Of a DNA stretch of 64,000 nucleotides, positions 1 through 14,169 are shown one piece after another. This stretch comes from Octopus vulgaris (taxonomy: Eukaryota): contig OX597821.1 in NCBI GenBank assembly GCA_951406725.2, positions 9,300,001 through 9,364,000 on the forward strand, given 5' to 3'. Every line of letters begins with the position of its first letter. The stretch's first letter is position 1. A program made the translations under genes and the position numbers. The notes under the pieces were generated by a model. The model was not told the origin of the DNA and searched no databases. It saw only the letters and a list, made by a program, of their open reading frames with translations.

Positions 1-184
1 CTCCTGGGGCTAAAAACTACAGTAGCATCCACCCTTAGGGGTAGCCATATTGAGATGGCAAATATACGTCACGATGTGTTACCGCTACTGTATATAACTC
101 ACTTTGATATTTATCATTGTTATATATATATACATATATATATATTTATGTGTGTGTGTGTATGTGTGCATGAGTGTGTGTATG

Positions 185-216
<32 letters not shown>

Positions 217-570
217 TGTATGCATGAATTCACCTACATGAACTCAACTACATTTTGTTTTGTTTCAAATTTGTTTTACTTCATCGTTATCAAATAACTA
301 ACCATAACTGAGGCAAAGCAATTCAAAACAATTGATGACCAATTAGATCGAGTAACTGAACTAAAATAACCTCCCCCCCACTTCTAGCAAGATTTCAACT
401 ACTGCATAAAGTAAACAATAACGGAGAAATAAACATATCACGTTTATATGAAAATATATATAAGTGTGTGTATTATTGTTATAATTGTAATGATACAGAC
501 TACTGCACTTATCCTCCCTTCTAAACACATATAATGCGTATGTACCTATGAGTGTGCCTGAGCGCAAATA

Positions 571-606
<36 letters not shown>

Positions 607-615
<9 letters not shown>

Positions 616-801
616 GAAGGAGCTTCTACAGGACTAGAACTGTTTCATTCAAGAGAAATCTTCAGGAAGATTTCTGAAGATTTCTCTTGAATGAAACAGT
701 TCTAGTCCTGTAGAAGCTCCTTCTATATAATAAATTAATATTACTCTGCTATGTATTGAGTACCTTATTTACTGTGGTTAACCCCGAATCAACCCGGGAC
801 C

Positions 802-804
<3 letters not shown>
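607..804. mobile_element. Small fold-back element (59-bp perfect inverted repeat 607-665/674-732) carrying a hammerhead motif, between (TA)n tracts; PLE-type non-autonomous insertion
   Basis: Arms are exact reverse complements with an 8-nt loop GAAGATTT; the right arm continues unpaired to ~804, followed by (TA)n. Confidence 0.75.
623..669 (-). ncRNA. Type-I hammerhead ribozyme motif
   Basis: Minus strand reads cttc CTGAAGA t-ttc-tctt-gaa-t GAA-acag-ttctagtc-ctgt-A gaag: stem I cttc/gaag, stem II ttc/gaa, stem III acag/ctgt, GUA cleavage triplet. A mirror copy lies on + at ~671-716. Confidence 0.6.
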
Positions 805-860
<56 letters not shown>

Positions 861-973
861 CGATGATCCGGTTCTTGACTGAAGACTGAGGGTTTCGAGT
901 GTCCTGTCCGTGTTTATTGTGTCGTCTTCTAAGAGTTACACGTTCTTGTCCATGTTGTATTTTTCTACATACC

Positions 974-1422
<449 letters not shown>

Positions 1423-1614
1423 CGTGTGTGTGTGTGTCTGTCTGTCTGTATGTGTGTATATATATGTATGCTTCTCATGTATATGCAGTTTCGTTTTTGC
1501 ATAACTGAACTAACTTTAAGATATATTGATTTTATAAATTACAATATTACTCCTCATATAACTTTTCTCATACCTCTATTTATATTTTATCTAATATGAA
1601 TAGTATAATACATC

Positions 1615-1709
<95 letters not shown>

Positions 1710-2049
1710 GGCATCTCAAGGCGGTTACAATACCAGTGATCGTAGGAGCACTAGGAATGATCAAGAAGGGAACCGAAAATTATATGAGAATGATCCCTGG
1801 CTTACCATCCCTGCAAGAAGTGCAAAAGATTGTCTTAACTGGTACATCACACGTATTGAGAAGAGCATTGTCGATGTGAGAACTGTTGCTGCTCATGTAT
1901 TTTAATTTAACTTAAAAAAAAAAATTTTAAAAAATGAACTATTGAGTTTGGTTTAATGGCCTACCAATGTATACTATGAGTTTCTTTGCCCTAGGGGTCG
2001 GGAAGACACTCGGCAAGAAATGGAAGCAAATTTGAAAGAAGAAAAAAAA

Positions 2050-2052
<3 letters not shown>
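1710..2052 (+). mobile_element. 3'-terminal fragment of an R4/Dong-like RLE non-LTR retrotransposon
   Basis: Encodes HLKAVTIPVIVGALGMIKKG...VQKIVLTGTSHVLRRALSM*. Near-identical to ~50142-50490. Flanked on both sides by (TAA)n. Confidence 0.9.
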
Positions 2053-2089
<37 letters not shown>

Positions 2090-2223
2090 CAAATATGTAT
2101 GTACATTTAAGTGTAGATATATGTATTTATGTATATTTATGCATATGTATGCATATGTATATGTATAAATATGTAAATGTTTGTGGATTTATATTTATAA
2201 CTTAAACTTATGCACTTTCTAAA

Positions 2224-2346
2224 ATCTCTGACAAAGCCTAGAGAAACACCCAAGTACCTCACATTCATCTACTAATTACTTCAGTCTACTGGCGGGATAA
2301 AGGTAGAATGAGGTATTTTTCCTCTTGGCTGAAACAGCTGTAAGAT
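2224..2346 (+). ncRNA. Hammerhead ribozyme-like motif with long stem II (PLE terminal-repeat type), core G8>A
   Basis: atct CTGACAA agcc...(~90 nt)...ggct GAAAC agct GTA agat: stem I atct/agat, stem II agcc/ggct, palindromic stem III ACAGCTGT. Confidence 0.6.
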
Positions 2347-2519
2347 ATTTTTCCAATTTCTATTCCTGTATGTTATATATTTTAGTAAGTACTGGCATCT
2401 TTATGTATTTTATATGTAAAACATGTATGTTATACATGTATGTACATTCTTGTAATTTTCATTTTAGTTAATAAATTGACATAATATAATGCTATGCCTC
2501 TCTCTGTTTCTTTGTCTCA

Positions 2520-2574
<55 letters not shown>

Positions 2575-2830
2575 CATTTACAAGGACACATACACACACA
2601 CAGATATATATACATATATGTAGAGATAGGGGGAGAGATGGTGTGAGAGACAGAGGCAGATAGACAAAAAAAAGACAGCGGGAGATATTTATATAATTCT
2701 TCGCTCTTAACTGGGTGGAAAAAATAATGTATTAAATGAATTAATCAGGAATTAGAAAACTCAGATGTGACAGAGAAATTGACTGCAGAATATAAATAAA
2801 CGCTGTATTAAAGTGCATTGTATAAACAAA

Positions 2831-3061
2831 CTCTTTTACTCTTTACTCTTTTACTTGTTTTAGTCATTTGACTGCGGTCATGCTGGATCACCGCCTTTAA
2901 TCGAGCAAATCGAATCCGGGACTTATTCTTTGTAAGCCCAATACTTATTCTACCGGTCTCTTGTGCCGAACCGCTAAGTGACGGGGATGTAAACACACCA
3001 GCATCGGTTGTCAAGCAATGCTAGGGGGACAAACACAGACACACAAACATATACACACACA

Positions 3062-3096
<35 letters not shown>

Positions 3097-3259
3097 GACA
3101 GGCTTCTTTCAGTTTCCGTCTACCAAATCCACTCACAAGGCATTGGTCGGCCCGGGGCTATAGCAGAAGACCCTTGCCCAAGATGCCACGCAGTGGGACT
3201 GAACCCGGAACCATGTGGCTGGTTAGCAAGCTACTTACCACACAACCACTCATGCGCCT
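2831..3259 (-). mobile_element. tRNA-headed SINE family Y (CORE-like segment, internal (TA)/(TG) microsatellite, (GTAAAAGA)n tail)
   Basis: Minus strand starts AGGCGCATGAGTGGTTGTGTGGTAAG..GGTTCAGTCCC, contains CTTGGGCAAG; homologous to 27235-27704 and 36545-36695. Confidence 0.8.
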
Positions 3260-3994
3260 AAAAAAACGTCAGCGTGATTTTTAAATGTATAAGTAAAATG
3301 TCTCTTACATTTACGTAATCCTTAATCAACCTCCTCTTCCTCGATATTGAGTGTTCGGGGCCTATGTAGAAATTTTCCTTTAATATCTGAAAAAGTAAAT
3401 TTTTCTTTGAGATTTAAGTATACCGAGTGCGACGAAGGAATGAGATAGAAGAAAAAATATAGTGAAAATAAAACCCCAGAAAACAAGTATTTGAAGCGGG
3501 GGAATATAGTGAAAGAAAACAATAGAAGAGGACGGAAATAGAAACAGGAAATACATATGCATGTATATTGATGTAAGAGAAGTGAGAAAAAAAGGTAAAT
3601 CATTAAAGAAATGAGATGCATGAAACCAACACATGAATACACATGTAATATGTGCAGAGAGAGCGAGAAAGAAAGGAGGGAAAGAGAGAGATTGAAGGGG
3701 AGTAGCAGGAAATAGAGAGAGATGGAGAGAGAAACAAAAATGTTGGGAAGCAAGATATATAATGCAAAGTAATAGGGAAGTGAAATCGAGTGAATCCATT
3801 GATTTTTGTATCTCTATGTTTACATACCAAATATGTGGAAATGACAAGAGTAAAGAATTGAGAAGCTCAAAAATTTTAGTGGGTGACGAAATAAACCAGG
3901 TGCGTCAATGAGGTTACGAGTAATAGTATTGTATAGTGTTGGTAGTATATAGCTATCGATATATAAATGGAGTCAGGGCATCTTCAACTAAATA

Positions 3995-4078
<84 letters not shown>

Positions 4079-4079
<1 letters not shown>

Positions 4080-6013
4080 GCATCCCCCACACATGGATCC
4101 TCGAAACACTAGCCATTAAGAAAGTAGCACCAACAATCATAAAATTCATAGAGCACTCTATGAATAAATGGCAAACAGTCCTACACCTCCAAACAAAAGA
4201 GGGACTCATGAAAACTAAAGACATCCCCATTAGAAGAGGAATATTCCAGGGAGACACGCTCTCTCCACTCCTTTTCTGCTTGGCACTGTCACCTCTATCT
4301 GATATGCTAAATAGAACTGGATGCGGATATAAATGTTACGGCAAAACGATCAGCCACCTTTTATATATGGATGACCTAAAACTATACGCTGCAAATGACA
4401 AACAGCTGGAAACACTATTAAAGACAGTTCATGGATTTACCAAAGAAATAGATATGAAATTTGGATTAGAAAAATGCGCCAAAGTAACCATGAAAAGAGG
4501 AAAACTAGTTAAGAGTAACAACATCACACTAGATAAAACCAATGAAATAAAAGAATTAGACCAAAGCCAAACTTACAAATACTTAGGAATCCATGAACTA
4601 GATAAGACACAACACACACAAATGAAAGAGAAAATAAAAAAAGAATATTATAGACGAGTTAGATCAATACTAAAAACAGGGCTCTATGCTAAAAACAAGA
4701 TAATAGGTATTAACACTTTAGCTGTCCCAGTTATAAGTTACAGCTACAATATCCTTAACTGGACACTAAATGAACTGTCCAAAATAGATAGGAAAACAAG
4801 AAAAATACTGACAGGATCTAGGATGCATCACCCAAAATCTGACATAGAAAGACTATATATACAACGTATAGAAGGTGGTAGAGGCCTTATACAGCTGGGA
4901 AACTACTATAAAATAACCACCATAGGACTGCAAAAATACCTACTTCAGAAGGAAGGAAAACTGATCCAGATAGCAGCAAAACACGAGCAAAACAAAAAAC
5001 TGTTCTCAGTATTTAAGGAAGCTGACAAATACAAACAAGAAATCATACCACCTAATAAACACAAAGAAGAAGAAGAAGATGATGAAGAAACAACAAAAGC
5101 TATAAAACAAATGAAATCCAAACTAAAAATAGAACAGCAACGAGCCATGATAAAACGATGGCAAGAAAAGCCCCTTCATGGTAAATACTGCACTAAACTA
5201 AACGCAGAAGAAATAGACAAAGAAAAATCCCAGCAATGGTTGAGAAGCTCAGGACTCAAAGCAGAAACAGAGGGATTTTTAATTGCAGCACAACACCAGC
5301 AGAAATTACCAAAAACATGTAATGAAAAGAAATATTACAAGTAACTGCAGAATATGTGGAGATGGACAAGAAACAATAAATCATATTATCTCTAGCTGCC
5401 CAGTCCTGGCTAAGAAGGAATATATTCACAGATATGACAGAGTTGGAACCTACATATATTGGAAGCTATGCCAACATTATGGAATAACAACAGAAAAAAG
5501 ATGGTATAGGCACACACCAGAAAAGGTCACAGAAAACGAGAAAGCAACCATACTCTGGGATATGCCGATACACACAGATAGAGAAATTAAGGCCAACAGA
5601 CCAGATATAGTTGTCAGAGATCATGAAGAAAAACAATGCTTTCTAATTGATGTATCAATACCGGCAGATGACAACGTGTCTCTAAAAGAAATGGCGAAAC
5701 TCTCAAAATACAAAGACCTGGAAATAGAGATAACTAGAATGTGGAACCTGAAAACAGAAACAATTCCTATCATAGTAGGTGCATTAGGCATGATAAAAAA
5801 ATATTCAGACAAATACATAACAAAAACACCAGGACTTAAAAACACATATAACATACAGAAAATTGCACTACTAGGCACTGCACACATCCTACGCAGAACA
5901 CTTTCCATACAATAACCATCAGAGCATCACAACAAATCACAGCACATACCCAAGGCACACAGAGCTGCGCTCGGTAGTGAAGTGAAAGCACGCTATAAAA
6001 ATAAAACTACTGA
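4079..6013 (+). mobile_element. 5'-truncated R4/Dong-like non-LTR retrotransposon (RT, CCHC knuckle, RLE)
   Basis: ORF 4160-5344 has GIFQGDTLSPLLF and LLYMDDLKL. ORF 5283-5915 has CRICGDGQETINHIISSC and RPDIV...IDVSIP (PD-(D/E)xK). One frameshift near 5290. (TAA)n on both sides. Confidence 0.93.
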
Positions 6014-6033
6014 ATAATAATAATAATAATAAT

Positions 6034-9000
6034 AGAGTAAACCTTTCATAAGCTTAAAAAAAAGTGGAAAACTATGCCCGGAGATAAAACTATCAACAAA
6101 AAAATACAGACGAATACAGATCTGCTAGCCTTAAGAAACTGCGCTACGAACAATGTTTACGTGCAGAAATTCCTAAACTGACAGATCCGTCTCTTAATGT
6201 AAGAGTCGAAGCTCGTCATGCTTCAATGTCAACAAAACACCCTACAATCCGCGATGGTCGGCGAGCGGACTACAAAAGACCACGTACCCGAAAATTGAAC
6301 CAAAGTCTGATTGAAAAATCAGCTACTGGATCAAATCTTCCCGACACACAGGAGCTGGACGTACCCCGCAACTGGGATATTCCAACAGATGGCCATCCAT
6401 GCTCGTCACCAAACACTCAAAAGAAAAAGAAGGAAAAATGGACTAGGGAGGATAATAAAGAAGTTCTTGCAGCCTTCTACCATGCCATATATTTCCCCAC
6501 AGATAAATCGAACACTATACAAACCTACATAAACTGGAGACAGAAACACCCTGAAGTAAGACCCTACATAGACAGTAACAAAGTTGCCAACGTCAGAAGA
6601 AACATTATAAAAAAAAATTACTGACTGAAGTAGAGATTGATCAAATTAGACAAGCAGTAACGGATAGAATGAACGAAGCTGCAGCTAAAGAAGATAATAC
6701 AGAGGAAATAATTATAGACCAGCTCAGAGCTAATAAAAACGAAGTAAAGATTGAAAGAGTTAGTATAAGTGATAGGCAAAGTGAAATACTCCCTGAACCA
6801 AACATAAACACTAAGACAGATGAACATCAAATAGATGAAGAAAGTCACACAAATATTGACCCAACAGAACTACATGAGCTAAAAAGTCAAATCATGATTG
6901 AATGGCTGAAAATTAAAGAAACCAGTATGGATGAACGTGATACACTCCCTAAAATCCGCAAATCTAACCAAAACATGAAAATAATTGGTAAAATCCGGCT
7001 TGCACTTAAGGATATAATTTCAGCTAATGATGTTGATATCACAGATCTCAACCACCTATACTATGCATTCGCGAAAATCTCAACGATCCTATGTGGTGAA
7101 AAGATTAGGAAACGGCAACATTTCCACAAAACGCCTTCTTGGCAAGAGCGTTTGCAACAACAAATTAAACTATTTAGATCTGACATTGAATATTTGAAAA
7201 ACCTTAAGGTTCATAAGACTACCAAACCTGCAAAACCCCAAAAACTAATGAAAAAATATAATATGAAAACTATACTTGATATTGATGCCACCATAGAAAC
7301 CATCAAGCAAAAGGTATCTGCTAAAGCTGCCCGCATAGCGAGGTATGAAAAGCGTATTAGATTCTTCAGGGACAACAACATGTTCAAAAATAACCCCAAA
7401 AATGTTTACAGGAAGATAGGAAAAACAACAGTTACTGTAAAGTCTGTACCATCAAAAGAAGAAGTGCAGGGATTCAGATGAAAAAACACACAGCGAAAAG
7501 GCCCCTGGAGTGATAGAATATCTAAAGAACTGGACCCCTTAGAAGGGCAAAAGTGGGAGGGTGTCAAGGTAGAAGATATAAGATCTGCTCTCAGGAGGTC
7601 AAGCAAATGGAAGTCTCCAGAAATGGATAAAATCCCTAACGTTTGGTTGAATGCCTTCCCAGAGAGCCATGAACTGCTAACAGAACTTTACAATGATGTT
7701 TTGCAACACCCTAGTAGGATGCCTCCTTGGCTACTTAATGGGTTAACATTCCTGCTTCCAAAAAGTGAAGAAACAAATGAACCCAAAAACTATAGACCCA
7801 TAACCTGCTTAACAACTATGTATAAAACACTAACATCTGTCCTGACGGAATATACCTATAGTTTTTTGATAGACAGCAGCATATTCCCTAATGAACAGAA
7901 AGGATGTAAACGTGGATCCTACGGTTGTAAAGATCAACTACTCATCAATAAGATGATCTTAGAAGATTGTCACAAACGACACAAAAACTTATCAATAACC
8001 TGGATAGACTATAAAAAGGCTTTTGATAGCCTACCACATAGCTGGATTAATAAATGCCTAGAAATGTATAAGATAGCACCTGCTCTGCGAAACTTTTTGT
8101 CTGTAAGTATGAGATCATGGAGAACCACACTAACTTTGAACAGTGACAATGAATCTCTAAATGCTGGTGATGTAAAAATCTCATGTGGCATTTTCCAGGG
8201 TGACTCACTTTCACCGCTCCTCTTCTGTTTAGCCTTAATACCTCTCTCAAAAGTGCTCAATGACGCGCAGTACGGATATAAAATGTTTGATAAAAATATA
8301 AATCATCTCATTTACATGGATGATTTAAAGCTCTTTGCAAAAAATGACCAACAACTCAAGGGCTTACTAACGATTGTCAAACAATTCAGTGACGACATCA
8401 GAATGCAATTCGGCCTCGATAAATGTACAAAAGCTACCTTTATCAAAGGAAAAATGACAGAAACATCTAACGTTAACCTCGACCAGCAGAATGTCATAAA
8501 AGAACTAGACCCAGCGGAGAGCTACAAGTACCTAGGGGTAATTGAAAGGAACGGAATAAGGTATTCAGAGATGAAGGAAAGGATCAGGAGAGAATGCTAT
8601 CAAAGAGTGAGAGCAATACTCAAGACAGAGCTGAATGCAAGAAACAGGATCGAAGCGATCAATGCATTAGCCATACCAGTCGTGACTTACAGTTTCAATA
8701 TCGTTAACTGGTCAATTACTGAAATATGTAATCTTGACAGAAAAATACGAAAACTGTTGACAATGCATAGAATGCACCACCCTAAGGCAGATACAGAACG
8801 ACTTTATCTGCCAAGAAAAGAGGAGGCCGTGGACTTTTACAACTGGCAATAACAATGAAGATTGCTACAATTGGCCTAGACACCTACCTGAAAAACTCTG
8901 AGGACTGGATGTTAAAACTTGTCTCAAAACATGAAAACAAGAAAGCATCATACTCAGTAACAAAACAGGCAAAGGAGTATCTAAGTGAATTCCGAATACA

Positions 9001-10075
9001 ACAAATTTCGGAATTAGAGATAGACATACAAGAAACAGGCACAGAAAAAGCTAAGCGCATGAAAACCCGTGCTAAATCTGCGGCCTTAGATATTCTGAAT
9101 GATAAATGGCAAGAAAAACCTCTCTATGGCAAATACCCAAATAGAGCAAATAATGCAGATGTTGACAAAGCCCTGACCCATCAATGGCTAATGGTCTCTG
9201 GCTTAAAATCTGAAACAGAGGGGTTTATCATAGCAGCTCAAGATCAATGCCTACCAACAAGAAACTACCAGGCCAACATATTAAAGATCAGAAGCAGTCC
9301 AACATGTCGTGTATGCAAGCAACAAAATGAAACCATTGACCATGTAGTCTCCAAGTGCAGTCTTCTAGCGCCTACAGAGTATCTCAACAGGCACGATAGA
9401 GCTGCACAATATATTCACTGGGTAATCTGCAAAAACCTGGATCTGCCCCATGAAAAAAAAATGGTGGGAACACAAACCACCCCCAGTGCTTGAAAATGAC
9501 CACATCTCACTCCTCTGGAACTTCACCATTCAAACTGACAGAAAGATAGATGCAAATAGGCCAGACATCATATTGAAAGACTTCAAACAAAGAACATGCT
9601 TCCTCATTGATATGACTGTCCCAATCGATATAAACGTATCTGTCAAGACCTACCAAAAACTGAGCAAATATAAAGATCTTGAAATAGAAATCAGCAAAAT
9701 GTGGAACCTGAAGACTAAAACAATACCTGTTGTCATAGGTGCCCTGGGAATGATAGCAAAAGGGGCTGATAGCTACCTAACTCAGATACCAGGAAACCCC
9801 AAAATGGCACAAATTCAAAAGATAGTGCTCATGGGAACTGCTCATATCCTACGCAAAATACTTTCTATGTAATCTCAAGGCTTAAAACAAACATAATTTT
9901 CGGTTTACAAAAAAAAGAAAAAACTTTTTTTAGACATTCATTAGTACAAAACCCCCCCAAATATATGGCACACTAGGCATAACAACTACATGAACTTCCA
10001 ACCCTGTTGTCTCTTGAGGTCTCTGGGTGAGACTTGGAGTCAACTTGTACAAATATAAAGCAAAAGTCAAACATA

Positions 10076-10077
<2 letters not shown>
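6034..10077 (+). mobile_element. Near full-length R4/Dong-like non-LTR retrotransposon, disrupted ORF
   Basis: N-terminal KWTREDNKEVLAAFY motif (ORF 6226-6624). RT motifs NYRPITCL, QKGCKRGSYGC, GIFQGDSLSPLLF, YMDD (7623-8852). CRVCKQQNETIDHVVSKC (8855-9493) and RPDII..IDMTVP (9450-9872). 3' UTR followed by a long (TAA)n tail. Confidence 0.95.
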
Positions 10078-10172
<95 letters not shown>

Positions 10173-10191
10173 TAGTATTATTATTATTATA

Positions 10192-10230
<39 letters not shown>

Positions 10231-10231
<1 letters not shown>

Positions 10232-10345
10232 CAATTTTTGCCACAAGGGCAGCTTGGGAAGGTGGGGATAGTCGATTACATCGATGCCAGAGTTCAACTG
10301 GTACTTATTTTATCGATCCCAGAAGGATGAAATGTAAAGTCGCCC
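10231..10345 (-). mobile_element. 3' part of SINE family Z (Meta-domain-like) with (TAA)n tail
   Basis: Reverse complement of the CTTTCATCCT..GATCGATAAAATAAGTACCAG core; the tail appears as (TTA)n at 10178-10230. Confidence 0.7.
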
Positions 10346-11059
10346 AAAACAAACAGGGATGATACAATACAAGGGACAAGTGAGGTGTTGAACAATCTGT
10401 GTACAATAAGTAACAAAAACAAATAACAAAACAAACAATAACTATTCCCCAAAAGGGAGGACTTCCTCACAGGGACTACCGAGGAACTCGCCCGTTCCCA
10501 ACTGCTATATACAGCTCAACATTCGCCTGTCATCATCTCAAGCTCCTCCGGTTTACAAACAAAAGATCAGAGTAGGCCCATTCTCGCAGAATAACCCTCT
10601 CTACTCTTTGAAACAGTGGATGAAAGCTTGGCCCAAGACCAAATTATTTGTCTTCTGTTTTTTTTCAATCTCATCCACCACCCTACCTCTTTTGCCATAG
10701 TCACCAGACAGGGAAAAATGCATTTCTTTCCCGGGCAAAGGAAAGCGGCGTTGTGATTTTCACGATGGACTCAGCTGACAAGCGGATCCGTCCTACACTC
10801 GACAACATCTGTTCGACAATATTCCACAAGTCAGTAATGCACTGACACTGGACGAGTGCATGCAAGACGGATTCGTTGCCCTGCGCACGGTCGGAGAGAT
10901 TCGTATGACAGCACTTCCATGCCTGTAAAGAATGCTTCAAATCGGCAGAGCTATCCGATAGCACTGCCAGGTAAAGTACTTCTGGGAGTCATCCATAAGA
11001 CCCGGCATTACATTACTCCGGAAATGACCAGTCAGACGACCAGCATTTCCCTGAGTTAG

Positions 11060-11540
11060 GGTATTTTAATATTAAACGAGGAACTTACCAGAGTGTCTCG
11101 TTGTCCCTTTTAATATTTGTCTTATGTTTGATCCCCCTCAGTTTAGTATTAAGGAAGGTAAAGCCAGGGTATCAATTCAGAAATAATAAGGGAAATGTTA
11201 ACCATTTGTGCTACATGGGTGATCTGAAGCTTTTTAGTAAAATTGAAGAAGAGACAGATTCCTTACTACGGACTGTAAGAAACCTCAGCGAAGATATAAG
11301 CATGGAATTTGGTATAGATTAGTGGGCAATATACTTTATGAGAAGGAGACAGTTAGTTGATAGCGAACGCATCCAATTATCAGACGGCCAGACATTAACA
11401 TAATGGAAAGGAGGAAAGAGGTATCAGTATCTAGGAGTCTTAGTCTCTAATAGAGTATACATTACTGAAATGAAAACAAAAATTGAGGAGGAGTACTACA
11501 AAAGGGTCAGGAGGCGAATGAAGTCAAAGCTAACTACTAC
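11060..11540 (+). pseudogene. Degenerate R4/Dong-like RT fragment
   Basis: LIFVLCLIPLSLVLRK...VNHLCYMGDLKLFSK...DISMEFGID, then YQYLGV. Confidence 0.8.
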
Positions 11541-11972
11541 CTGGGCAGATACATTTGTGTTTGCATGTGTATATACACCTGTCTTTTCTTCCTTCGCCAA
11601 TCGTCCACTACTAATATAATGTAATCCCTCCATCCAAACGTGAAATTTGTAATCTTTAATATCTCTGTGTGGAGAAATTCCTTGTATGTCTATCAAATAT
11701 GCAAAACTTTGTAATTCCTATTAGAAATCAAACATGCGTAATTGTGAATAAATAACACAAATATTTTTCCAGCTTCCTGTATACAATTATTCTGTAAACA
11801 TAATTTCAGTAATTCTCGATTTTATTATGTATTTTGAAATAATATGCCGGAACAAGTGAGGTTACATCATATGGGATTGTAATAATGGAATAAGCAAATG
11901 TGCATCAGTAGGAAATGGCTGCGTTTTACCTAAGCTAAACTCTATATGCTTGTGTGCGTATATGTGTATACG

Positions 11973-12009
<37 letters not shown>

Positions 12010-12149
12010 GTGTGTGTGTGTGTAAACATAGGCATTATAACACTACGCAGACAGACACCCACCTACACATTTAAATAATTTATTTCTGTATATGATCTCT
12101 TCGATATGTTTTATGTGTTGTGTTGATTTTTACGCACGATTATTATATT

Positions 12150-14087
12150 TCTGATCACATGCAAAATGTTTTCTTCTAAACAGAATTCAACATTGATCAC
12201 ATTTTAAGAACCGTTGCTTTTGGCCAGTCATTTATTAATCCTTGTAAATTTGATTCATAATCACTGTAAAAATTTGAACTGTTGTCTATTGTGAATTATT
12301 TGGATGAACATATTCTATCATGTGATTTTGAATATTGCTATTGTTTCTATTGCTTAACGGATATGGTTCCGAAGCCTAATTTGTTTTATTGTTTTGCCAT
12401 AAATCTCATAATGATAGTGATTCAGATTTCCCATTTGCATCTTAACTGCATTGAAATGCTTATTCAACTATTTTCATAATTACGAAAATTTTATTGTCAT
12501 AAAAACTTATTGCTAAATGATATATTTTCAACTTAATTCTTTATTTTCATATGAGCATATTCCATTTCGACATATTAAAGCAGATATTGCGTTGCAATGC
12601 TTATCAGTTTTAAATGTTTAGTTTCATCGTTATTGTTCAACTGATGCACACCAGAATACTATTTATATTACCTTGCATTCAGGTTTTCATATAAGCTTTA
12701 TATTTGCGTAATGCATTGAAACTAATATACTACATAGTGTCGAGAAGATCCACTAAGTTTAAGTTTATGGAAAAATAATAACAAAAAAGGGTTTAAAATT
12801 ACTAACAAGTGAAACACTTAGATGCATATACGTGGCATAGAGACAGTGAATTCTAGCTTTGATCTTATATACTCCCAAGATCCGCATTTATTTTATCATC
12901 GCAGTTGTCAGTGTACTCATCAAATGGTCTAACAGTTAATAAATCACACTCATATGTTTTAGAACATTCACAGCCATGATTTATTTCTAAATATTCAAAG
13001 TATTTATATCTAGTTGGAAAGTAACAATTGTAACATGTATTGGCTATAATAGGGTTTTATTCGAGACATTGACCTACCAACTGAAAAGGAATTCTATCAA
13101 TCTGAAGTTTCAGGTGGAATCTGCAATGGTTGGAAGGAAGGAAATGCTCATATAACTATATGTTAATCATACAAAAAAATACCATGTTTTCCTGTACCGG
13201 AATATGGATACACAAGTGTGTAGGAACAAAGTGTCGATAACTGAATAAATGCGAAAAGAAAACTAATGATACTTTCTAAATACTAGACAATAGAAATATT
13301 TTATCGTACAATTATTGAGGAACAAAATAAATGTTTCTTCATTGTTTAGCTACTCCAACCGTTATACAATTTATTTGCTATATCGAGTCATTCAAACCAT
13401 ACGATTTTACTAATATATAACTGTTCAAACATAATTAGAATATCACTCTGTGTACAAATGTTTTTGCTTACCTCCAGTTTATCAAAAGCTTGGTTCTTAC
13501 TCTCTTCATCAAATAAGCTAATATCTGATAATACATATTTCGTAGCTTTTATGAGATAGTGTATTATAGACATAACCTGAATAATAAAGACGAGGTAGAG
13601 TAAAAATATCTGAATAGGATCTGTATGAATGCAAGTAATTAGGCAATTATATATGCATGCATACATCTCTGCTTACATCCATCGACCCATCAATCCATCC
13701 ATCCATTCATCCATCCATACATAGATACATGCATACAAACATTTATGCATACATTCATGCATACATACATGCATGCATACATGCACGCATACATACATAT
13801 GACTCATTTTTAGAATGCAATAGCGGACAAAAATTTAATCTGAAAGTTTCTCATACCATAAACGTTTATGTTACCTAGGCAAAAACGCTACAGAAACGTA
13901 CGAGATGCACTATACCGCTTACAGATAAACTTGTATAAGTCGGGTAGTATCCTACCAAATCACGAAACCTTCATGGTGGTGTTACCTGAATGTGAAGTCA
14001 ATTTTGTACGTAGCCGTTTCTGGTTTCCTAATAGTTTCTGTGCCTAAAATCTAATGAGTGCTGTCACTAACCAACACACACACACAC

Positions 14088-14169
<82 letters not shown>

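Noticed and set aside
3300-3870. Hydrophobic minus-strand ORFs 3322-3753 and 3380-3847 resembling membrane proteins
   Set aside because: Purine-rich low-complexity (GA-rich) DNA gives Leu/Phe/Ser-rich translations; no family motif.
10077-10230. (TAA)n directly followed by (TTA)n, forming an apparent palindrome
   Set aside because: Explained by the tails of a plus-strand LINE and a minus-strand SINE meeting tail to tail.
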